Part shown: positions 19,981 through 29,584 of the stretch, in pieces
How the letters are laid out: every line of letters starts with the position of its first letter
Position numbering within the stretch: position 1 is the first letter of the stretch
Source: Phycisphaerae bacterium
GTDB taxonomy: Bacteria; Planctomycetota; Phycisphaerae; UBA1845; Fen-1342
DNA length: 64,000 nucleotides
Assembly: GCA_963675745.2 (NCBI GenBank)
Contig: CAXXWX010000017.1
Location: 58,097-122,096, forward strand
Direction of reading: 5' to 3'
The notes under the pieces: generated by a model
Told to the model about the DNA's origin: nothing
Seen by the model: only the letters and a program-made list of their open reading frames with translations
The model's database searches: none
Translations under genes and position numbers: made by a program

Positions 19981-20709
19981 TTACTCGACATCATGCCCGC
20001 CCTGGCCGTAATACGCGTTCGGCCCGTGCTTGCGCTCGTGATGCACCTTCTGGATGTGCGTTTCGAGCGGTGAGATTGTCGGCGCCAGACGCCACGTCCC
20101 CAGCGCCATCTCCGCGACGGCTTCCAGGGCGATGGCGTTATCCAGCGCCTTGCCGACCGACGGTCCCCACGTGAACGGCGCGTGGCCGGCAACAAAAACC
20201 GCTGGCATGGCGTTCGGATCGAGCGCGGCGAAACGCTCGACAATGACCTTTCCCGTGTTGGTTTCGTACCCCGCCGCAACTTCGTCCGGCGTGAGTACGC
20301 GCGTCAGCGGGATTGCCCCGTGAAAGTGGTCAGCATGCGTCGTGCCCATACTCGGCAGTTCACGTCGGGCCTGGGCGAACATCGTGGCGTAACGGCTGTG
20401 CGTATGTACGATGCCGCCTATCCGGTCGAAGTGGCGGTAGAGGTACAGGTGGGTCGGCGTGTCGGAAGACGGACGGGCCGTGCCGGCGCGGACCCTTCCT
20501 TCAAGATCGACGACGACGGTCGATGCCGGCGTGAGCTCCGCGTAGGCGACGCCGCTCGGCTTGATCGCGACAAGTTCGCGGTTGGCGTCGATTGCGCTGG
20601 CATTGCCCCAGGTCAGTGTCACCAGCCCACTCGCGCCTAGGCGGCGATTCGCCTCGCAGACGGTTTCGCGGAGTTGTTGGATTGCATCGCCCATGTTGAC
20701 AGTTGCCAC
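19981..20709 (-). CDS. araD: L-ribulose-5-phosphate 4-epimerase
   Basis: LTWGNAS, IKPSGV, PSSDTPTH, GGIVHTHS, GTTHADHF, RKHGPNAYYGQ. Confidence 0.95.
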   Translation of the reverse strand: MATVNMGDAIQQLRETVCEANRRLGASGLVTLTWGNASAIDANRELVAIKPSGVAYAELTPASTVVVDLEGRVRAGTARPSSDTPTHLYLYRHFDRIGGIVHTHSRYATMFAQARRELPSMGTTHADHFHGAIPLTRVLTPDEVAAGYETNTGKVIVERFAALDPNAMPAVFVAGHAPFTWGPSVGKALDNAIALEAVAEMALGTWRLAPTISPLETHIQKVHHERKHGPNAYYGQGGHDVE

Positions 20710-20710
20710 A

Positions 20711-22404
20711 CTAGTTGCGCGATGCGCGCACTTTGTCGCGCACCGCCAGCAGATCCTTCATCACCATCTGCACACTGTCGCCACCCGCGGCGGAAAACGC
20801 GTCGTGCAGACGGCGATACAATGCGTAGAGTTCCTCATAAACCGCGGCACGTTGCGGGTTCGGCGTGAACACCTCGGGTTTGACGCCCGTCATACGGCGC
20901 TGGGCATCCTCCACCGTGTCATACGCGCCCCCAACCACGGCACCAAAGATCGCCGCGCCCAACGCACACGTTTGCGTGGAACGACTGATCCGCATCGGGC
21001 GATTGCAAACGTCGGCGTAAATCTGCATCACCAGCGGGTTCTTGTCGGCGATTCCGCCGCAGTTCACCACATCATTAATCTCGACGCCATACTCCTCGAT
21101 GCGCTTGATGATCGTCAGCGCGCCGAAGGCGGTCGCCTCGATCAGGGCGCGGTAGATTTCAGGAGCGGTCGTGTGCAGCGTCTGACCGATCAGGAGCCCG
21201 GTCAGCCGAGCGTCGACCAGGATCGTGCGATTGCCGTTGTTCCAATCCAGGGCGAGCAACCCGGACTGGCCGGGAGCGAGTTTGGCGGCCGCCTCGGTCA
21301 GCGCGATATGCGCGTCGCCGTCACGGCTGTACTCGGCTGGCGTGAGCTGCTTCACGCACCAGTTGAAGAGATCCCCGACCGCGGACTGGCCGGCCTCGAT
21401 GCCGTACATCCCGGGGAGAATCGACTCGGGCACGATGCCGCACACGCCCGGAATGTCGGGCAGCTCGCGCTCAAGCGGCGCGACAATGCAGTCGCAGGTG
21501 CTGGTGCCGACGATCTTGACGAGTGTGCCCGGATGGCAACCCCGCGCCCACCGCGCCCATGTGTGCGTCGAATGCCCCCGCCGCGACGGCAATCCCCGCC
21601 GGCAGACCGACAGACTCGGCGATCGCCGCGGTCAGGCGCCCGGCTTCGTGATTCGCGGGAACGGCGCGCGTCTCGTAGCGAAAGCGTGACAGGCCTGCGT
21701 GCAGACTGTCCAGGAACTCCGCCGGCGGCAAGCCGCCCCAGGCCTCGTTGTACATCGCCTTGTGGCCGGCGGCACAAATGCTGCGGGCCATCTGCTCCGG
21801 CCGAGTCGTGCCGGTCAACCAGGCCGGGACGAAGTCGGCGAGCTCGACCCAGGAGGCCGCGGCCTGCGCCACCGCCGGCGCGGTCCGCGCCAGGTGCAGC
21901 AGCTTCGACCAGTACCATTCGGATGAGTACGTGCCCCCACACTTGCCCAGATACGGCGCGCCCGACCGGCGAGCTTTCTCCGTGATTTCCTCGGCCTCCG
22001 CATGCGACGTGTGGTCTTTCCACAGCCACGCCTGGGCGGCGAGATTATCAGCAAACTCCGGCAGCGTGCCCAGCGCCCGACCGGACGCATCGACAGGCAG
22101 TGGTGTCGAACCGGTCGTGTCCACGCCGATGCCGACCACACGCTCCGGCGAAAACTGCGGCGTGGCGCGGGCGTCGCGCAACGCGGCCGCAACGGTCGCC
22201 TGAAACCCGGAGAGGTAGTCGCCGGCGTGCTGGCGGGCGAGATTGGGATCGCGCGGGTCGGTCAGCACACCTTCGTCGCCGCCGACGTAAGTCTGCGTGG
22301 CGCTCGCAATCTCGCTACCATCGCGTGTGTCGACAATGACTGATCGCACGCTATTAGTGCCGTAATCAACGCCGATGGCAAATTGCCGGCGAATGCTCGC
22401 TCAT
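20711..22404 (-). CDS. araB: Ribulokinase (apparent frameshifts at about 22388 and 21543)
   Basis: FAIGVDYGTNSVR, GIGVDTTGSTP, LWKDHT, YSSEWYWSK, CAAGHKA, AFDAHMGAVGAG / GTSTCD, GIEAGQSAVGD, LDWNNGNR, IEATAFG; GAGGT before ATG 22404. Confidence 0.92.
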
Positions 22405-22591
22405 ACGGACCTCATGGATTTCATGGTGACACGGCACCGCCAGCGGACCTCTGGCTCGGAACGGCCCTCCGGCTTATGTGCCTTTGTCTATCGCTATATC
22501 CATCCGAATTCAGCCGTGCGGGCTGGAAGACGATATTCCAGCGTCCTGGGCTCCGTGCCAACGAGCTGCCACCTGATGTCGCCCGCGGCAG

Positions 22592-24397
22592 TCAACGGAA
22601 GACCACGTATAGGGCGACGGTTACGGCGCAGATCAGACCACCGAGGACGTAAGACGACCTGGGCACGGTTACGTCGATCTTGGACGTCGGGTACGTGACC
22701 GGCTCGGGGCGCGGGGCCGCCAGCGTAATCAGCCACATGACCGCCGCCAAAATCAGGAACACGATCGCCATGTGGTGCAGGAAGGCCATCGCGCAGAACT
22801 GGTAGTACAGGGCGGCGAAGCCCTCGACCACCTGAGTCTGCCCTTCGGCGACCTTGGCGACCACGCGCTGGCCGCCTTCGGCGAGCTTCTCGATCTCAAA
22901 GCCGTACGCGCCTTCCATGACCCACTTGGGGATGCGCGAGGCCGCGTAGAGGATCGGCCCGAGGATCAGCGCCGTCTTTCCCGCCGCTGTCGGTGCGCGC
23001 TTCAGCCAGATCCCCATCAGGAACGCCGCCACGATGCCGGGCGAGATAAAGCCCCAGATTTCCTGGATGTAGTTGAACACGCCCTCGAACTGCCCGGGCA
23101 GCGGCGCGATCAGACAGGCGAACAGGGCGATGACCGCCGTCGCAATCCGACCGATGAAGACCTGCCGTTTGGCGTCGGCGCGGGGATTGATGTACTGCTT
23201 GTAGACATCGATCGTGTAGATTGTCGAGGCCGAGTTAATGCCCGAGTTGAACGTGCTCATAACGGCGCCGGCCAGCGCCGCCAACATCACGCCGCGCAGC
23301 ATCGGCGGCATGATTTCCTTGATCAGGAAGGGGTAGGCGATCTCGCCGGCCTTGGCTTCCTCACCACCGGCCTGGGCGAGGATCTGGTCGCCGAAAACCT
23401 GGAAGGCGATGATGCCGGGGATGACGATGATGAACGGAATCAGCAACTTGAACAGGCAGGCCAGGAAGATGCCGCGCTGCCCTTCGGCCAGGCTCTTGGC
23501 GCCGAGTGTCCGTTGCGTGATGAACTGGTTGAGGCCCCAGTAAAACAGGTTGGGGATCCATAGGCCGCCGACAAAGACCGCCAGCCAGGGCACCTCTGAA
23601 TCATTCCAGGGACGAATGACGCTGAGCCGGTTGATCCCGGTCTCCGGGTCAATGGCGCTGGCCCGCAGCGCGCGCCAGCCTTCGAGCAGGCTACCGCCGG
23701 CAACGCCGCCGCCATCCGCGAGATCGCCGCCGCCGAGCAGCTTGAGCCCCAGGAACAGGCAGATCGCCCCACCGATGAGCAACCCCGCGCCCTGGATCAG
23801 GTCGGACCAGACGACGGCCTTCAGCCCGCCATAAACGGTGTAGATCGCCGCGACGATGCCGATCATCCAGGCACCGGCGACGGTGGCCCAGAAGGTCGCG
23901 GTCTCGGGGTCCATGCCGTTTCTGTTGGCCAGGTAATCGGAGAAGCCGAAGACGCCGTCGAGACCGCGCGAGCCGCTGTAGAGCACGGTGGCCAGCAGCG
24001 CCACGACGTAGAGCGCCATCAGGTAGGTGGCCATGATCGTGCGCGTGGTGCGGTCATAGCGGTATTCGAGAAACTCGGGCATCGTGTAAATGCCCGACTT
24101 AAGAAACTTCGGCAGCAGCCACAGCGCCACGATCACCAGCGTGATCGCGGACATCCATTCGTAACTGGCGATCGCCAGGCCGACGTTGGTGAACGCGCGC
24201 CCGGCCATGCCGACGAAGTGCTCGGTCGAGATGTTGGAGGCGATCAGCGAAAAGCCGATCAGGCCCCAGGTCAGTCGGCGACCGGCGAGGAAGTAGTCCT
24301 CCTCCGAATCTTCTTTGCGCGACATGTACAGCGACACGCCAACAACCGCCGCCAGGAACGCGATGAACGTGATAATGTCGAATGGTGAAAGAGCCAA
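22592..24397 (-). CDS. Sodium:solute symporter (SSS) family sugar transporter
   Basis: DYFLAGRRL, SLIASNISTEHFVGMAG, YTMPEFLEYRY, YGGLKAVVWSD, YWGLNQFITQR; about 14 TM helices; GGGAGG before TTG start. Confidence 0.93.
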   Translation of the reverse strand: MALSPFDIITFIAFLAAVVGVSLYMSRKEDSEEDYFLAGRRLTWGLIGFSLIASNISTEHFVGMAGRAFTNVGLAIASYEWMSAITLVIVALWLLPKFLKSGIYTMPEFLEYRYDRTTRTIMATYLMALYVVALLATVLYSGSRGLDGVFGFSDYLANRNGMDPETATFWATVAGAWMIGIVAAIYTVYGGLKAVVWSDLIQGAGLLIGGAICLFLGLKLLGGGDLADGGGVAGGSLLEGWRALRASAIDPETGINRLSVIRPWNDSEVPWLAVFVGGLWIPNLFYWGLNQFITQRTLGAKSLAEGQRGIFLACLFKLLIPFIIVIPGIIAFQVFGDQILAQAGGEEAKAGEIAYPFLIKEIMPPMLRGVMLAALAGAVMSTFNSGINSASTIYTIDVYKQYINPRADAKRQVFIGRIATAVIALFACLIAPLPGQFEGVFNYIQEIWGFISPGIVAAFLMGIWLKRAPTAAGKTALILGPILYAASRIPKWVMEGAYGFEIEKLAEGGQRVVAKVAEGQTQVVEGFAALYYQFCAMAFLHHMAIVFLILAAVMWLITLAAPRPEPVTYPTSKIDVTVPRSSYVLGGLICAVTVALYVVFR

Positions 24398-24490
24398 GGC
24401 CGTGCCTCCCTACGCTCTCGAGTCGTGCGCCGATTCCGGCGCCATCCCATGCCGCCGGCGCGCCGTGTGCCACGGATATACTGAATCAGT

Positions 24491-25015
24491 CTACCGATTC
24501 TGCCACGGCAACGCCTGTTTGACCAGCGCTGCCGGCGAATCATGCGCCGGATCGGATGTCCGCAGGCAGAACTGATACCCGTACTTCGTCGGCGGCAGGC
24601 GGTACTCCTCGTGCGGCTGCGCGCCACAACTATCGTCGCCGCCGACGCCCATTTGCTTCAAATCCAGGGCAAGCGTGGTGAATTCGCGCGGCGTCAATTC
24701 GTACGAGTGCTTGGGGCCGTCCAGATCCGCGGTTGTGAACGGTAGCGCACTAACGCTCAAGTGCGGCAACCCGGCCGCCAGCAGGCCGACGGGGCCGTCG
24801 CCGCTCAGCGTCAGCCAGCGCACGTCCACCTTGTTGCCCGTCTCACCGGGCTCAGCGTAATGCACGTAGTATTGCTCGCTCACGGGGCCGAAGTATAGCC
24901 CAACGTGGGCATCGCGCCGATCACACTATGTCTCGTGCGGCCCGCGCCCGAACTACTCGAGATGATCCAAATCGCCGACGATTCCAATCTGCATGCCGAA
25001 GCGCGGCAATTCGCC
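24491..25015 (-). pseudogene. C-terminal remnant of a GH2 beta-galactosidase (LacZ small-chain domain)
   Basis: GELPRFGMQ...LE*FGRGPHET*CDRR...YAEPGETGNKVDVRW...KQMGVGGDDS. Two in-frame TAG codons (24953-24955, 24926-24928); the 5' part is replaced by Rhs sequence at about 25015. Confidence 0.85.
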
Positions 25016-26511
25016 TACCCGGACTGCGACTTCATGCACGGCGACATCAACGGCGACGGCTACGTGAACACCTTTGACACCTTGAGCGGCGTCAAAGGCA
25101 GGCCGGCGACATCGACGCATTTGTCAGACTGACGTCGGCGGTGGGCAGCTTCCGGGCGATGCGTTACGTCTATGACGGCGAGAACCGCCTGATCGAAGCC
25201 CGTGACGCCTACCCGGCGCTCGCGAGCCACACCAAGGCCGAGTACGAATACGACTATCTGGGCCGGCGGATCGCGAAGATCGTGTACAATTGGAACACTG
25301 GTACGTCGGCGTGGAACGCCACGGCGACGGTGCATCGCAAGTTCATCTACGACGGCTGGCGGCCGATCATGGAGCTTGACGCACTTGATGATGATGCGGT
25401 GATCCGCAGCTACACTTGGGGACTGGATCTGTCTGGTCTTGTGGGATCGATTTCCAACCGGTCAGGCCTCGACGGCGCCGGCGGCATCGGCAGCCTGCTC
25501 GCCATCAGCGACCCCAATGACCCCAACGACCCGCACGGCGACTTCGTCATCTTCCACGACGCCACCATTGACAGAACTACGTCCTGTCAAAGGCAGGCCG
25601 GCAACGTCGGCCACCTCTTCAACCTGAGCCTCTCCGACCCGAACGACCCGAACACGGCGTCGGACGCCATCGTCGCCCACTACGAATACGACCCCTACGG
25701 CAACGCAGTCACCACGACCGGCGACTACGCCGACGAAAACCCCATCCGCTTCAGCACGAAGTACTGGGATGACGAGACGGGCTTCGGGTATTGGGGCAAG
25801 CGCTACTATGATCCGCGGCTTGGTAGGTGGACGACGCATGATCCGATTGGGATGCGCGGAGGACGAAATCTCTATGCCTACGTTGGAAACTCCCCAATTC
25901 ACAAACGCGATCCGGACGGCAGAGAGATGGCCAAAGAACCACCGCGGTCTTCTGCTTGCGGGGAGTTTTGCAATGAGCATTACCCCGATGAGTCGCTGGC
26001 ACAAGCCTGTCTAGCGGGTTGTGAGAGGGGCTGGGCGGCGCCCACTTGGAAGGACTGCGCGAATCACTGTGAAGCGGAGCATGGTTCGGAAAGGGGTGAA
26101 GCATATAACGCATGCTACCAGGGCTGCATGTCGGGAGCGCCCGACCTATACACTCCCGTGGTGTGCGACCGTATTTACCATATCGTAGGCCATGGAACGA
26201 AGACTGGCAGTGTGGCCTTAGATGACGGCACTACGGTGGACGCGGCGTACATGGCGAAAGTGGTATGTCCCAAGCTGTGCTGGGGTGCCAGAGTTGTATT
26301 TTGGACGTGTTGGACCGGCGACAACACCACGGCGGTCGAAAACCTGTTGCGCGCATGCCCGAAGATCAAGAAAGCCGTGGCATGCACCAAGAACCTCACT
26401 ACATATGATTTCACTCCGTTCTATTGGTGTAGTGGGCAATGGAAGACCATACCCAATCCAGGCTATCGGCCGCCGGAGGACTTCGCCATTGCTGAAGGAG
26501 GTAGTCCATAG
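25013..26511 (+). CDS. Orphan Rhs cassette A: dockerin-like remnant, Rhs core and Cys-rich caspase-fold-like tip (5' truncated; ORF track 25141-26511)
   Basis: YVYDGENRL, YDYLGRRI, FIYDGW, YTWGLDLSG, YEYDPYG, RFSTKYWDDETG, RYYDPRLGRW, DPIG..GGRNLYAYVGNSP..DPDG; tip has HIVGHG...VVFWTC. Confidence 0.85.
25071..25103. mobile_element. 33-34 bp palindromic micro-insertion (copies at 25071-25103, 25565-25598, 27871-27904, 29844-29876, 29993-30025)
   Basis: Consensus CC(T/A/C)TTGAC-N12/13-GTCAA(A/G/T)GG-CAGGC, always between ..A and CGGC. Absent from the paralogous sites at about 27291-27308 and 27408-27425. Confidence 0.8.
25339..25851 (+). repeat. Rhs-core direct repeat (second copy at 27663-28157)
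   Basis: Near-identical DNA from AAGTTCATCTACGACGGCTGGCG to ACGACGCATGATCCGATTGGG in both cassettes. Confidence 0.9.
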
Positions 26512-26515
26512 AGAT

Positions 26516-27055
26516 ATGACATCACTCAAACCGAAGGCATCTTCTGGTAACCGCGCAGTTAACATCAAGGCGTCGGGGGAGGCCCAATGGGGCCGAGGCA
26601 GACTTCTGGTGACCCTGCTTGGAAGCGCAGGAGCTGTCGCGATCGCGTTGGTTGTCTATAATTGCTGGAACGACCGTCGCGATGACCGATGGCTCTATAG
26701 AAGCACCGTTGTGCTCAGAGGTGAGACGTCGGGTGAAGGTCTGACTCTCCATGCGCACAGGCCGGACCGGCAGATGGCACACATAATCGATGTATATCCC
26801 GAAGGATCCCCCGAAAAGGTCGCGGAGCTTCACACGGACACGAAGGAGTGGTCCTGGCTGGGTGCGTCCGAGTTTCATGCTCTGACGGAGGACAGCTTGC
26901 GCCGGTGGTTTTCTACCGGCCCGGCGGCGACGGACGCCAATGCGCTGGCGGAAGCGCTGATGCACATTGTGGCCGGGTTTGACGAAGAACGCGACTTGTG
27001 GAGCGCAAGCGAGGATGTGACGGGCGTAAGTGTGGCGCGTGTCGAGTGGGACTAG
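26516..27055 (+). CDS. Putative immunity protein A (single N-terminal TM)
   Basis: ATG 4 nt after the toxin stop; TM LLVTLLGSAGAVAIALVVY; position typical of a cognate immunity gene. Confidence 0.6.
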   Translation: MTSLKPKASSGNRAVNIKASGEAQWGRGRLLVTLLGSAGAVAIALVVYNCWNDRRDDRWLYRSTVVLRGETSGEGLTLHAHRPDRQMAHIIDVYPEGSPEKVAELHTDTKEWSWLGASEFHALTEDSLRRWFSTGPAATDANALAEALMHIVAGFDEERDLWSASEDVTGVSVARVEWD

Positions 27056-27056
27056 C

Positions 27057-28772
27057 ATGACCAGGCCTACGGCCGGCAGCTTGTTCGCGTATGCGTACGA
27101 CAACATCGGCAACCGGCTGACGCACGAGGACAATCGCGACTGGGAATACACCGCCAATGAGCTGAATCAGTACGATGCCGTCGAGACGGATGATGGCAAC
27201 ACGTTGGTGATCGCCGAGGGGTATCGGTTCGACGAGGATGGGAATCTCGAAGAGGCGTTCGTCACCGGCGACATGAACTGCGACGGGTTGGTGAACAATG
27301 GCGACACCGACGCGTTTGTGCTGGCCTTGATGTACGGCTGTGCGACGTACGCCACGTATTACCCATACTGCGATTGCCTGAACGGCGACTTCAACGGCGA
27401 TGGGCAGGTCAATAACGGCGACCTCGACCCGTTCGTGGCGGCCTCGGGCAACCAGAGCCGCGACTACATCGCCCGGCGGTACGTCTACGACGGCGAGAAT
27501 CGGCTGATCGCGGTTGAACCGACGGCCAATCGCGACGCCGCCACCGTGCGTTATACTTACGGGTATGATTACCTGGGTCGGCGGATCTGGAAGGCGACGG
27601 AGCCGTGGGATCCGAACGCCAGCGGCGGTGCCTGGGATCCGAACAACCCGACCGCGCTGACGAAGTTCATCTACGACGGCTGGCGACCGCTCATGGAGCT
27701 TGACGCACTTGATGATGATGCGGTGATCCGCAGCTACACCTGGGGCCTGGACCTGAGCCAGTCGCTGGATGGTGCTGGCGGCATCGGCGGCCTGCTCGCC
27801 ATCAGCGACCCTGACGACCCGAACGACCCCAACGACCCGCACGGCGATCTTCTGGTCTTCCACGACGCCACCATTGACAGAACTACGTCCTGTCAAAGGC
27901 AGGCCGGCAACGTCGGCCAGCTCTTCGACCTGAGCCTCTCCGACCCCAACGACCCGAACACGGCGTCAACGGCGATCGCCGCCCACTACGAATACGACCC
28001 CTACGGCAACGCCGTCACCACCACCGGCGACTACGCCGACGAAAACCCGATTCGTTTCAGTACGAAGTACTGGGATGATGAGACGGGGTTTGGGTATTGG
28101 GGTCATCGGTACTATGATCCACGCTTGGGGCGCTGGACGACGCATGATCCGATTGGGGAGCAGGGCTGGGCGAACTTGTATGCAGCTTTGCGCAACAACG
28201 CGTTCGCCTGGATTGACCCCGACGGTGCTGAGGAGCATCCGCCGACCAGCCAGCCTTCGAATCCACCGACCACGCAACCGTCGCCACCTATGAAGACCCC
28301 TGTAGAACCGACACCGGAGCCGCCGTGGCGCACGCCAGCGCCGCCCAAATGGCGACACCTAAAACCGCCGACTGTCAAGTACAGGATGTGCGGCTGCCAC
28401 ACCGGAGACAATGGCAACGACCCGGGCTCACCGATCATCGACTCAAAGTGTTGTAAAGTAGTGGACATCTATGGCCATGGCACCGAGGATCAGGGACCAA
28501 CATATGATGATAACAAGAACTACTTCAGCGGCCTGTATTTCGCGGGCATCTGTCACAGGCTATGCCCCGGAGCCACAGTGAATCTCAGGGTCTGCTACGG
28601 CGCGATGAATAAGCCCGAACGCGATGACGAGCTTCGGCGATACGCTCTTCCTTGCCCGAACATCAAGGAAATTTGTGCCAGCACTGGGAAATACTACGAT
28701 GCGCCGTTGTGGCCCGATTGGTACGATGGTGACTGGCGGTGCGTCAGCGTGAATGAACATGTGGCAAGATAG
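27057..28772 (+). CDS. Orphan Rhs cassette B with embedded dockerin-like domain and caspase-fold-like tip
   Basis: YAYDNIGNRL, YTANELNQY, FDEDGNL, [GDMNCDGLVNNGDTDAFVLAL...GDFNGDGQVNNGDLDPFV], YVYDGENRL, Rhs core, DPDG, Pro-rich linker, VDIYGHG...VNLRVC. Confidence 0.87.
   Translation: MTRPTAGSLFAYAYDNIGNRLTHEDNRDWEYTANELNQYDAVETDDGNTLVIAEGYRFDEDGNLEEAFVTGDMNCDGLVNNGDTDAFVLALMYGCATYATYYPYCDCLNGDFNGDGQVNNGDLDPFVAASGNQSRDYIARRYVYDGENRLIAVEPTANRDAATVRYTYGYDYLGRRIWKATEPWDPNASGGAWDPNNPTALTKFIYDGWRPLMELDALDDDAVIRSYTWGLDLSQSLDGAGGIGGLLAISDPDDPNDPNDPHGDLLVFHDATIDRTTSCQRQAGNVGQLFDLSLSDPNDPNTASTAIAAHYEYDPYGNAVTTTGDYADENPIRFSTKYWDDETGFGYWGHRYYDPRLGRWTTHDPIGEQGWANLYAALRNNAFAWIDPDGAEEHPPTSQPSNPPTTQPSPPMKTPVEPTPEPPWRTPAPPKWRHLKPPTVKYRMCGCHTGDNGNDPGSPIIDSKCCKVVDIYGHGTEDQGPTYDDNKNYFSGLYFAGICHRLCPGATVNLRVCYGAMNKPERDDELRRYALPCPNIKEICASTGKYYDAPLWPDWYDGDWRCVSVNEHVAR
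27090..27464 (+). repeat. Rhs/dockerin direct repeat (second copy at 29636-30074, carrying two micro-insertions)
   Basis: Near-identical DNA from TATGCGTACGAC to AACCAGAGCCGCGAC. Confidence 0.9.
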
Positions 28773-29556
28773 TGCTGATCACCATCATCGTACTGGCCCG
28801 TGGCAGCAGCTGGCGCCACTTCACGTGTTGCTATTCTGGTCGCTATTGTGTCTGTCTTGTGCATTCAGTACGTGCGAGTTTGCTGGTGGTCGTGTAGGCC
28901 AGAATGGCGACCCATGGGCAAAAGGATATTCCATGAGAATCGCCACGCAACCAAACATGCAGGGCCGTGCCCACTTTGCCACATCACAGCGTGATCCGGG
29001 CGCCACTGTCATGTACATAGAATACGGCCTCGACACGATGTTAGTCGAGTACGAGATTGATCGCACGGGGGCGGGATGCTATAGGGTGCGTGATACAGCA
29101 TCGCGTGCGCTATTAGAAGGAGAATTCGAGGAGCTCATTCCTAGAGCACAAACTGACATTGCTGCTGTGGTTCCGGACACACGACCGCCACGAGTTCGTA
29201 GTTGCGCTGAGGGACTCGCCAGCATTGTGGCGTTGATCTGGTCAGACTCGATTACTAATGGGTATGCCAGCGATCACGGTGTAACGGCGGTTCTGCTCCG
29301 CGGAGGTAAACGCCAACGGCCAGTGCTGTGGGCGCGTGTGTTCCTGGGTACACTATGGATGGTCGGCTGCTTGGTTGTTTGGAGGTGGCATTTGCGAAGG
29401 TACAGGCGTCGGGCAAATCTCTGCATGAATTGCGGGTACGATCTGCGCGCATCACCCACGCGATGTCCTGAGTGCGGCACTGAAATCGGCACGCTACGGA
29501 TGCCGTTGAGTTCGAACTCTGCGGCTGGCGAATCGCGTCAGCGAACCAGAGAATGA
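28753..29556 (+). CDS. Putative immunity protein B: two TM helices and C-terminal Zn ribbon
   Basis: Overlaps the toxin B stop; TMs LHVLLFWSLLCLSCAF and VFLGTLWMVGCLVVW; CMNCGYDLRASPTRCPECG. Confidence 0.65.
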   Translation: MNMWQDSADHHHRTGPWQQLAPLHVLLFWSLLCLSCAFSTCEFAGGRVGQNGDPWAKGYSMRIATQPNMQGRAHFATSQRDPGATVMYIEYGLDTMLVEYEIDRTGAGCYRVRDTASRALLEGEFEELIPRAQTDIAAVVPDTRPPRVRSCAEGLASIVALIWSDSITNGYASDHGVTAVLLRGGKRQRPVLWARVFLGTLWMVGCLVVWRWHLRRYRRRANLCMNCGYDLRASPTRCPECGTEIGTLRMPLSSNSAAGESRQRTRE

Positions 29557-29584
29557 CGGCCGAGAGGCGTGCTGCACCGGCACC

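Noticed and set aside
24926..24955. TAG recoding (two in-frame TAGs in the GH2 fragment)
   Set aside because: TAG terminates many intact genes here and the gene is also 5' truncated; nonsense decay is simpler.
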